Under the pieces are notes generated by a model, which worked only from the letters and a program-made list of their open reading frames with translations, was not told the DNA's origin and made no database searches. A DNA stretch of 64,000 bases from the IMG/VR virus record IMGVR_UViG_3300027886_000005, positions 2,249-66,248 of that record; one strand, 5' to 3'. Origin of the DNA: a virus (taxonomy: Duplodnaviria > Caudoviricetes). This document shows positions 37,063 through 44,794 of this stretch, one piece after another (the stretch's first letter is position 1; every line of letters starts with the position of its first letter). The translations under genes were made by a program, and so were the position numbers.

Positions 37063-37559
37063 GTACCACGAAGGACGTCAAGACCGGCTGGAACGAGCTC
37101 GTCCGCGGCGTTGGGCGCCTTTCCGGCTCGGCCGCCGTCGGCGCACTCGATGAGGAGAACGCGCGGAAGTTGGCGTGGTCAGAAGTCGGCAGCGCACTCG
37201 ATCCGCTTCCTTCGACGCCTCGTGACGGAGCGGTAGTTCGCCCGACCCTGTCCGTCACCACGGACCGGCTGCGCCCCGCCATCGACCGAGCCATCAAGGC
37301 GGACGTGCAGGCCGTGCTCGACGGCCGCGGCCGCGGCGTGACCGGGCAGGAGGTCATGGCCGACGTCGGGCGTGACCTCGCCGAGGAGGTCCAGCACGCG
37401 ATCGACGGCAACGTGCAGCCTCCGCTGGCCAAGTCGACGCTGGCCGCCCGGCGGCGCCGTGGGCAGGGCGACCGCACGCTCGTCGCCTCGAGCGAGATGC
37501 TGCGGAGCATCAAGGTCGAGACGAGCGCGGACCCAGACGGCCTGAAGGACGAATCATGA
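37059..37559 (+). CDS. Virion morphogenesis/tail completion protein
   Basis: PPLAKSTLAARRRRG..DRTLVASSEMLRSI. Confidence 0.7.
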   Translation: MSTTKDVKTGWNELVRGVGRLSGSAAVGALDEENARKLAWSEVGSALDPLPSTPRDGAVVRPTLSVTTDRLRPAIDRAIKADVQAVLDGRGRGVTGQEVMADVGRDLAEEVQHAIDGNVQPPLAKSTLAARRRRGQGDRTLVASSEMLRSIKVETSADPDGLKDES

Positions 37560-37753
37560 AGGGCGCCATCGTTGGACAAGAGCCTCAGAGGGGCATGGTC
37601 TACCGCTGCAGGCAACCTGGATGTCTCGACGTCGAGGTGCGCAGGGTGTTCCCGTGGGGCCGCGGCCACCGAGTTCACTACGTCGCCGTGGGCACGGACG
37701 AGCGCCGAGAGACCAGCCTCTCGTCATTCCTGCGCCTCTACGTCAAGCGTTAG
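37556..37753 (+). CDS. Small hypothetical protein
   Basis: ATGA coupling; its stop is the next gene's -10 box. Confidence 0.5.
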   Translation: MKGAIVGQEPQRGMVYRCRQPGCLDVEVRRVFPWGRGHRVHYVAVGTDERRETSLSSFLRLYVKR

Positions 37754-37762
37754 CCTCGCAGC

Positions 37763-38173
37763 ATGGGTCTCGCCGCCTACCTCCCGCTCGAGCAGGTCTA
37801 CACGTTCCATGAGCCCGCCGAGCAGTGGATCCTGAGGCGGTACGCGCCCGGCACGGGCCTCGCCGCTGGGGCCGAGCGGACGACCACGACGTACGCGTCG
37901 AGCCCGATCGCGGTGTTCAGGGACAGGACGGCCAAGCGCACCGGGAATCAGGACTCTGGCCAGACCGGGCCGGCGACCTGCACGGTGTACACGCGCACGC
38001 GGCTGCGCACGGCCAGCGACGCGCAGGGAACGCCGCAGCCAGCCGACGTGCTCATGGACCCGAAGACGGGCAACGTGTGGCAGGCGACGGCGTCGGGAGA
38101 CTGGGACGAGGCGCGCGGATTCGCGGTGACGATGACGCGGCAGGGGTCCGTGGGGACGCCGCCGTGGTCGTGA
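37763..38173 (+). CDS. Head closure/stopper-like protein
   Basis: Position; beta-rich; TAGCCT-6nt-ATG. Confidence 0.55.
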   Translation: MGLAAYLPLEQVYTFHEPAEQWILRRYAPGTGLAAGAERTTTTYASSPIAVFRDRTAKRTGNQDSGQTGPATCTVYTRTRLRTASDAQGTPQPADVLMDPKTGNVWQATASGDWDEARGFAVTMTRQGSVGTPPWS

Positions 38174-38190
38174 CGCGCTAGAATGCTGGC

Positions 38191-38406
38191 ATGGGCATGG
38201 ACAGCAGAGGCAATTGGGTTCCCGATCCGCGGCCGATCGAGGAACAGGTCTTCAAATCCGTCATGGTCGGTCCGCACTACGTCCGTTCGGAAATCATCAC
38301 GAACCACGTCGGCGAAGTCGCCGTCATGGTGAACGGGTCGTTGACGTGGTGCAGGCCGGCCTCGCTTGACGAGGTCGTGTCATCGCGGATGCCGGTCGTG
38401 GCATGA
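38191..38406 (+). CDS. Inserted small gene
   Basis: GCGC-TAGAAT-6nt-ATG. Confidence 0.55.
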   Translation: MGMDSRGNWVPDPRPIEEQVFKSVMVGPHYVRSEIITNHVGEVAVMVNGSLTWCRPASLDEVVSSRMPVVA

Positions 38407-38885
38407 GCCTTCTCGCCATCATCGCCTGCGCCCTGTCGCTCGGCCCTGCCGACGCCACGCGCCTCGCGTGCCGCCTGGAGCACTGGCCGGACTGCGGCGA
38501 GGTCCTGGCGATCTTGCGGGTCGAGTCCCGCGGAGTGGCGGTCGGCGTCCACACGCGGCACCACGCGCGCGTCCGCGGGACCGTGTTCTGGCGGCGCGCG
38601 GTCAGGGCCGGGCTGCTCCACCCCGATCGGTGTGCACGGCACCAGTCGACCGACCTCGGCGAGGGATGGGGCATCCGCGGCCCGCACGGCCTCGCCGCGG
38701 CGTACTCGGTCCACGTGCTCGGCAACTGCGTCGGACCCGAGGCGGCCGACGTGCCGCTGCTGTCGGCGGTCATGACGGTCAGGCGCTTGCGCGTCCTGCG
38801 GGACAGGTACGGCCTGCTGGCGGCGGACGCGCGCGCGGAGGCGTGGCGCAAGGGCGTCGGACATGCTAAGATCCATACAGAATGA
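38403..38885 (+). CDS. Exported lytic transglycosylase-like protein
   Basis: Hydrophobic N-terminus; AILRVESRG resembles the SLT catalytic motif. Confidence 0.45.
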   Translation: MSLLAIIACALSLGPADATRLACRLEHWPDCGEVLAILRVESRGVAVGVHTRHHARVRGTVFWRRAVRAGLLHPDRCARHQSTDLGEGWGIRGPHGLAAAYSVHVLGNCVGPEAADVPLLSAVMTVRRLRVLRDRYGLLAADARAEAWRKGVGHAKIHTE

Positions 38886-39024
38886 GGACGGCACTGTTCC
38901 AGGCTCCCTTGCCGGACTTTGTTACCCAGGCGGCAACATCTGGGCCGTAGGCCTCCACGGTCACGGGGCAGAAGAGGGCGGGCGCACCTGGAGGCTCCCG
39001 CCCTCTTCGCGTTAGCCTCACCCC

Positions 39025-39912
39025 GTGCCGCCCCCGTCCGTCCTGTGGTCCGAGGAGGCCGCGCTCGACCAGATCCACGCGTTCATCGTCGCGGCCTGTC
39101 CAGAGGTCCCGCCCACGTCGATCTACCGTGCGCAGCCGTCCGCGGTGCCGGGCGTGTTCGGCCGGTCGATCGTCATCCTGCCGCTGACCGCGGTGCCCGA
39201 GTACGGCTCGCCGTTCGGGGCCGAGGCAGACAACAAGCAGCGACAACGCTGGTCGGTGGCCGTGACGACCGCGGCCGCCGGGTCGTGGACCGTGACGCTC
39301 CTGGGCGTCACCACGGCGCCGTTCGTGGCCGGGCCGGGCGACACGCCGGCGACCATCGTCGCGGGCCTGCGCGCCGCCGTGGACGCGCTGGCGCTGCCGG
39401 TGACGACGCAGGCCCTCGCCCCGCCGCCGGCCGCGTTCGGGATCCTCGGCGACGTCGCGGGGGCGAGTCTCGGCGTCAGCGTGCAGGGCCCGGCCGGCGG
39501 GGCGGCGACGACGACAGTCGTCGACGACAACGTGCGGCGAGCCGCGTACAACTGGGGCGTCTACCGCGTCCGCCTGCTCTTCCGCGACGTGCCGAGCGCC
39601 CAGGCGCAGCCCGCCTCCGGCGTCCGCTACGTGTCGACGATGCTCGCGGAGCGCGTGCGCCTGTGGCTGCAGGCGACGAGCCTGCCGGTGACGAACGGCC
39701 TCGCCTACCCGTACCGCCGGGACCAACTGCAGGCCGCCCCGGCGCGCCTGTCGTGGCTGCAGACCGAGGCCCTCTACCTGCCGATGCAGGAGAACGGCGC
39801 CTGGGTCCGCGTGGTCGCGCTCGACGTGTCGTTCCAGACCCCCGTCGCCTTGATCCACGACGTGCCGAGCCTGGACGCGATGGGGCTAGCCGGGCCGATC
39901 GTGTTCACATAG
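39025..39912 (+). CDS. Neck/tail terminator protein
   Basis: Position before the sheath; TAGCCT-6nt-GTG. Confidence 0.6.
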   Translation: MPPPSVLWSEEAALDQIHAFIVAACPEVPPTSIYRAQPSAVPGVFGRSIVILPLTAVPEYGSPFGAEADNKQRQRWSVAVTTAAAGSWTVTLLGVTTAPFVAGPGDTPATIVAGLRAAVDALALPVTTQALAPPPAAFGILGDVAGASLGVSVQGPAGGAATTTVVDDNVRRAAYNWGVYRVRLLFRDVPSAQAQPASGVRYVSTMLAERVRLWLQATSLPVTNGLAYPYRRDQLQAAPARLSWLQTEALYLPMQENGAWVRVVALDVSFQTPVALIHDVPSLDAMGLAGPIVFT

Positions 39913-39928
39913 CGATCACTCGCCGCGG

Positions 39929-40414
39929 CTAGCCGTCGCCGTCCATATGCGAGCGCTTCGCGGCCTCGAACCTCTCTGGCGCGATCTTTCGCAGCGCCTC
40001 GGCGTGCTCTTGGCGGACGCGCTCGATCTTCTCCCTCGCATCGACGTGGACGGATCGGATGGCCTCATCCGCCCTGCAGCGCACCTCGTCCTCATCCATG
40101 GTCGGCAGGTGCAAGAGGGCGCCTGCGAGGCGCCAGAGGCTCTCGGCGTCTCTTCCGACTGCCACGCGGGCCACGACGATGCGCAGGACGTGCGCTGCGA
40201 GGCTTGGTTGGACAGCGGCGTCGACCTCGCCATGAATGCATCGCGCCGCCGACCTGACGGCCACGTGATCATCTGAGCGATCTGGCAGAAGGGCTGCGAC
40301 CTCACGCGGGTCTGCGGCGCTTCGGATGTCGTCCTCGTCGAGGTTGGTCCCGATCTCGTCGGCGAACTCGAGGTGATGGGCGAGAAGGTGTAGGACGATG
40401 GCAGATCGATCCAT
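39929..40414 (-). CDS. Inserted hypothetical gene (antisense)
   Basis: TGC-TACCAT-6nt-ATG. Confidence 0.55.
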   Translation of the reverse strand: MDRSAIVLHLLAHHLEFADEIGTNLDEDDIRSAADPREVAALLPDRSDDHVAVRSAARCIHGEVDAAVQPSLAAHVLRIVVARVAVGRDAESLWRLAGALLHLPTMDEDEVRCRADEAIRSVHVDAREKIERVRQEHAEALRKIAPERFEAAKRSHMDGDG

Positions 40415-40491
40415 GGGCGCATGGTAGCACGCCGGGCCCGCCTACCCTCTCCACGCTGGCGCCGGACCTGGGCGCCGAGGAGACCTCGCCC

Positions 40492-42102
40492 ATGGGCAAC
40501 GCGCCTGCCGTATCCGTCAACCCCGTCGTCACCACCCCGACGACCGTGGTCCCGTACCTCAACCACGCGATGTTCTCCTTCGTCCCGGAGGACTCGACCT
40601 TCGCCACGAACTTCGCGGCCAGCACCCAGCCGTGGATGCTCATCTCGCCGACCAGCCTCGAGGGCCTCGTCGCCGAGGTCGGGCCGGAGAACTGGCAGAG
40701 CCGCCTGCAGTCGCTCGGGGCCACGTCCGCCGAACCGGTGTGGACGGCCCTGTCGGCCCACTTCAACCCCCTGGGGGCCATCGACGCGAACGGGAACCGC
40801 GTGCCGCTGCGGGTGCAGAAGCCCGACGTGGCCTACATCGGGAGGCGCACCCGGGCCGAGCTGTCGACGAACACGATCGAGTTCAGCAACAACACCGCCG
40901 GGCGCGTGCGGGTGAAGGTCAACGAGTCGCGGTACCTCTACGCCTCGGAGGACCCCGCCGGCGCGCTCGCGGACGTGACCGTCGTCGCGGACGGCATCCT
41001 CACCGTGACGCAGCTGGCGACCGCGCTGGCCGCCGCCCTGACCGCCGTCGCGGACTTCGCGGCCCACTTCACGGCCGTCGCCGCGCTCGGCGTCGTGACG
41101 ATCACCGCGCTCGTGGAGGGCTACCCGCTCATCGTCTCGCTGGCGGCCAGCACCCCGGGCCCGACGATGCTGCTCGCGGACACCACGCCGCACACCCCCG
41201 GCGACTACGCGCTCGACCTCGACGACATCCAGGCGGCCAGCGAGTTCGGCGCCCTCGTCGACCCGCCCCGCCGCCGGTGGTACTGGGCGAACGACCTCCA
41301 GGGCTCCGACGCGGTCAACGCAGAGGGCATGGAGTGGGCGGAGAACGAGTACGCCACCGAGACGCCACCGCGGCGCTACCAGTTCGCCTCGGAGTCGAAG
41401 AGCGGCGCCCGGCGGATCACGGTGGGCGGCGACTTCATCGGGAACTTCGACCCGACGTCGACCGCCAGCGCGGCGGCCGAGGCGGCGGCGGCCAACGGCG
41501 GGTTCGGATGGAGCCGCGGGTCCGTCCACGACCACGACCGCTACGAGTTCCTCGTCCCGGCGCTACTCGGCCGGACGATCGCCTACCTGCCCGGCGAGGT
41601 GTCGTTCACCAGCAAGGTCCTGCAGGGCGGGTCCGACGCGGCCAAGATGAGCCCGCGCGACTTCGGCGACAACGAGACGCTGACCCTCGCCGACTCTCGC
41701 CGCTTCAACTTCTACTCGGCGGACGGCCCGGGCCTGCTCGGCCAGGCGAAGTGGGGCTACCTCTCCGACGGCTCCTTCATGGACCGCAAGTGGCTCGAGG
41801 ACTACCTCGAGTACGTCGTGCGCACGCGCCTCCTCGCGTTCATGCAGGAGCGCAACATCGTCACGTACACGGACGACGACATCGAGGCCGGGCGGAACGT
41901 CATCGAGCTCGCCATCGCCTCGATCCCGGCGATCGCCGCGGCGAGCGTCGTCGTCGTGTCGCTCACCCGCGACCAGGTGAACCCGGCGAACATCGTCGCG
42001 CGGATCTACCTCGACTACTCCGGCTCGGGCGAGTCGACGGGCGTCATCAACCGCTTCGGCACGCCGAGCGACCCCATACAGATCACGATCACGGACGGCT
42101 AG
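40492..42102 (+). CDS. Contractile tail sheath (DUF3383-like)
   Basis: GRTIAYLPGEVSFTSKVLQG, FMDRKWLEDYL, VTYTDDDI; position before the tube. Confidence 0.85.
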   Translation: MGNAPAVSVNPVVTTPTTVVPYLNHAMFSFVPEDSTFATNFAASTQPWMLISPTSLEGLVAEVGPENWQSRLQSLGATSAEPVWTALSAHFNPLGAIDANGNRVPLRVQKPDVAYIGRRTRAELSTNTIEFSNNTAGRVRVKVNESRYLYASEDPAGALADVTVVADGILTVTQLATALAAALTAVADFAAHFTAVAALGVVTITALVEGYPLIVSLAASTPGPTMLLADTTPHTPGDYALDLDDIQAASEFGALVDPPRRRWYWANDLQGSDAVNAEGMEWAENEYATETPPRRYQFASESKSGARRITVGGDFIGNFDPTSTASAAAEAAAANGGFGWSRGSVHDHDRYEFLVPALLGRTIAYLPGEVSFTSKVLQGGSDAAKMSPRDFGDNETLTLADSRRFNFYSADGPGLLGQAKWGYLSDGSFMDRKWLEDYLEYVVRTRLLAFMQERNIVTYTDDDIEAGRNVIELAIASIPAIAAASVVVVSLTRDQVNPANIVARIYLDYSGSGESTGVINRFGTPSDPIQITITDG

Positions 42103-42156
42103 CCGCCGGGCTCCGCGAGTCACCCACCGACCACCTGACCCGAGGGACACACGACC

Positions 42157-42585
42157 ATGTCCGGCATCTACGGCATCCGACTCACCGACGCCACCGTCCG
42201 CGTCGGCCCACAACTCCTGCGGCTCGAGGGCTTCGGCGACGACAAGTTCACCCTCGCGCCGTTCACCGACGTGGGCTCGTTCATGTCCGGCGTCGACGGC
42301 GACACGCTGCACGTCACCCGCGCGTCGAACGGCTGGCTCTTCACCGTGACGATGCTGCAGGGCGCCACCGGCGTGACGCTCCTGAACACGCTGCACTCGA
42401 CCCTCGGCATCTTCCCGATCGCGGTGACCTACGGTCTCTTCTCGCTGACCGGCGTGATGAACATGATCAGCCTGGGCGAGGTCGCGGCAAGCCTCGGGAC
42501 CACGACCCGCACCATGACGGCGGGCGTCTCGAAGGTCACCGGCAACACGGACGCGGCGCCGGGGCAGTTGGTCCCGGTGTTCTAG
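42157..42585 (+). CDS. Tail tube protein (DUF3277-like)
   Basis: LEGFGDDKF, SGVDGDTL, FTVTMLQ; follows the sheath. Confidence 0.75.
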   Translation: MSGIYGIRLTDATVRVGPQLLRLEGFGDDKFTLAPFTDVGSFMSGVDGDTLHVTRASNGWLFTVTMLQGATGVTLLNTLHSTLGIFPIAVTYGLFSLTGVMNMISLGEVAASLGTTTRTMTAGVSKVTGNTDAAPGQLVPVF

Positions 42586-42794
42586 TCGTCGCCCTTGGCC
42601 TTGGCCTCGGCCTCCTTCCGCTCCCGCCACGTCGGCGTGATGGTCCCGCCGAGGTTCTTCCAGATGAGGCGCAGGCAGGCCGCGACATCCTCGGGGTCCA
42701 TCGGCATGTTGTCGTAGGTGGCCTCGAGGATGCGCTGGACGTGGTGGTTGAAGTCGCAGTCGTCCTCGGACGTGATCGTCATCTTGATGGGCAT
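42582..42794 (-). CDS. Inserted small gene (antisense)
   Basis: TGC-TACCGT-6nt-ATG. Confidence 0.6.
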   Translation of the reverse strand: MPIKMTITSEDDCDFNHHVQRILEATYDNMPMDPEDVAACLRLIWKNLGGTITPTWRERKEAEAKAKGDD

Positions 42795-42831
42795 GCGGTC
42801 ACGGTAGCATGTCGCACGTACCCTCGCCGCG

Positions 42832-43530
42832 ATGCCGCGCCCGACCGACCGGATCCTGCTGACGTTCCGCGAGCCCGAGGGGGCGCCCCAGGCCGAGCGG
42901 TACCGGCACTGGTCGATTCGACAGCCCCCGCCGTCCGTCGCGTTCGCCCTGCAGGGCCGGGTCGCCGCCGCCCTCGGCGAGGCCGGGCTGTTCGCGGTCG
43001 ACGCGCTCTTCGCCTCCCCCGACCAGGCCGACGACCTCGAGGCGGAGTCGGCCCTCCTCGGCGACGCGCTGGCCGCCAGGACGCTCAGGCGGTCCAGGGC
43101 GGGCCAGCCGGTCGCGGCGATGGGCGAGGCCCGCGAGGCGCAGGCGAGGCTGTGGGCGGTCCTGTCGGCGGCCACGCGGCGCGCCCGGGGCGGCCTCGAC
43201 GCGCTCCTCCTCCTTGGAGAGCCGGAGCGCGAGCGCGGACAGGCCGGCTACCGGTGGGCCCGCCCGTCGCTCCTGCACGCGCTGCTCATGTACTCCGAGC
43301 TCCAGTTCGACGGCGAGGATCCGAAGGGCTACCGCCCGACCCCGGTCGACCGGTCGAAGCTCGACGAGCGCGCCCCCGCGGAGGTCCGACTCGCCGGCGA
43401 CCTGCGAGAGGCCGTCGTGGAGGGCTCGCTGTCGGGCTTCTCGCGGGCCCTCGACGCGATGCTCCACGGGCCCGACGAGATGGCCCTGTTGTCCACGTGG
43501 GCCGTCTTGCACCTCCTCCGCCCTTTCTGA
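42832..43530 (+). CDS. Tail assembly chaperone (G)
   Basis: Between tube and tape measure; slippery site before the stop. Confidence 0.65.
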   Translation: MPRPTDRILLTFREPEGAPQAERYRHWSIRQPPPSVAFALQGRVAAALGEAGLFAVDALFASPDQADDLEAESALLGDALAARTLRRSRAGQPVAAMGEAREAQARLWAVLSAATRRARGGLDALLLLGEPERERGQAGYRWARPSLLHALLMYSELQFDGEDPKGYRPTPVDRSKLDERAPAEVRLAGDLREAVVEGSLSGFSRALDAMLHGPDEMALLSTWAVLHLLRPF

Positions 43531-43793
43531 TGCGGCCGGGGTACGTGCCCCTCCCCCGGCCCCACGACCCCCGGCGCAAGGCCCCCATGCCGTCCGTGCC
43601 CCCGGCGCTGCCCCGCGAGGTCGGCGGCGCGCTGGCCCGGGCGGCGAGCCGCCTCGGCGTCACGCTGGCCGAGGCCGACCGGCGCCTGTCGGTCGAGGAC
43701 ATGTTCGACGAGATGGACGTCGCCGGCTACCTGCACGACGTCGACCACGAGCCGGCCGACGCCCCGGCGCCGCAGGCCCCAGTCAGGCGGTGA
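43521..43793 (+). other. -1 frameshift site C_CCT_TTC and the GT extension frame
   Basis: X_XXY_YYZ heptamer at 43521-43527 immediately before TGA; the -1 frame is open to 43793. Confidence 0.65.
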
Positions 43794-44757
43794 GGAGGGA
43801 CATCTGCTCGGCGGCCCGAGGCTGCGGCGACGGGTCCACGGCGGCGGCCACCGCCTGAGGCCACCCTGCAGCCGCCTCCTCCGCCGCGCGCTCGCGGGCG
43901 ATGTCGGCCCAGCGTCGACCGTCGCGCTCGCGGGCTCCGAGGTCACCGCCGATGAATCCGCAGCCGTGCCGGGCGGCGACGATGGCCGTGGTGCCGGAGC
44001 CGACGAATGGGTCGCAGGCGAGGCCGCCGGGCGGGCAATAGCTCAGTACTTGAACCTCGGCGATATGCCTCGTGAACGGCGCAGGATGGTCTGGGTCCGA
44101 TATTTCCTTGTTCACAGTTGCACCTCCAGCGGCGGCGGTTATTGCCGTCGTAAGCATACGGGTGGCTGCATAGACCATGGCTTTCGACTCCGCCGACTTC
44201 TTACCAAGCCACATATTCGCAGTTGGACGCCTGGAGCGACCTTGCCCCGCGGACAGTGCCGGTTTCGTTACAGCCCTGGCATCAAAAAAACCTCGACGCC
44301 CAGGGCGTTGAAAAACGTGCATCGGCTCCCATCCCGAGCGTCTTCGCGGCGAAACGTCTCCAGGCATTCCATCACGCAGATACGCCTCATGTTCCACGAA
44401 GCGGAGGCCGACGCGCTCGGCCCAATCGATGGCCAACCTGAACGCGATGAGCGAGCGCTCGCTACCAATCTGCCTCGACCTCGTGAACCGCACCGGGCCG
44501 TCGACGATGACGATGCAGAAGCCGCCGGGCTTGAGCGCGCGATAGCAGCAGTCGCCTAGCCGCTGGTAGTCCTTCCACAGGAAGTGCTTGGGTGCGTCGC
44601 CGCCGTAGCGCCGCGTCGGCGCACCCTCGCGGCCCTTGGCCCCGGGGACTTCCGTGGGGTACGGGGGCGAGAAGAACAGCAGGTCGACGCCGCCAAGCTC
44701 GACGCATCGTGCGAGGGTCTCCTCGAAGCTCCTGTGCTCGATGTCGATGAGCGGCAC
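43783..44757 (-). CDS. DNA methyltransferase (SPPY; probably N4-cytosine)
   Basis: FFSPPYP, DHPAPF, CDPFVGSGTT. Confidence 0.85.
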   Translation of the reverse strand: MPLIDIEHRSFEETLARCVELGGVDLLFFSPPYPTEVPGAKGREGAPTRRYGGDAPKHFLWKDYQRLGDCCYRALKPGGFCIVIVDGPVRFTRSRQIGSERSLIAFRLAIDWAERVGLRFVEHEAYLRDGMPGDVSPRRRSGWEPMHVFQRPGRRGFFDARAVTKPALSAGQGRSRRPTANMWLGKKSAESKAMVYAATRMLTTAITAAAGGATVNKEISDPDHPAPFTRHIAEVQVLSYCPPGGLACDPFVGSGTTAIVAARHGCGFIGGDLGARERDGRRWADIARERAAEEAAAGWPQAVAAAVDPSPQPRAAEQMSLLTA

Positions 44758-44794
44758 TGGGGCAGGTTAGCATGCCCGACGGTACCCTCGCCGC

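Noticed and set aside
40632-43793. Very long alternative-frame ORFs (for example 40632..43793 +, 44767..47454 -, 13850..15535 -, 24536..26401 -)
   Set aside because: Arg/Pro/Gly-rich shadow frames typical of high-GC DNA that overlap well-supported genes; only the last ~88 codons of 40632..43793 are used, as the GT extension
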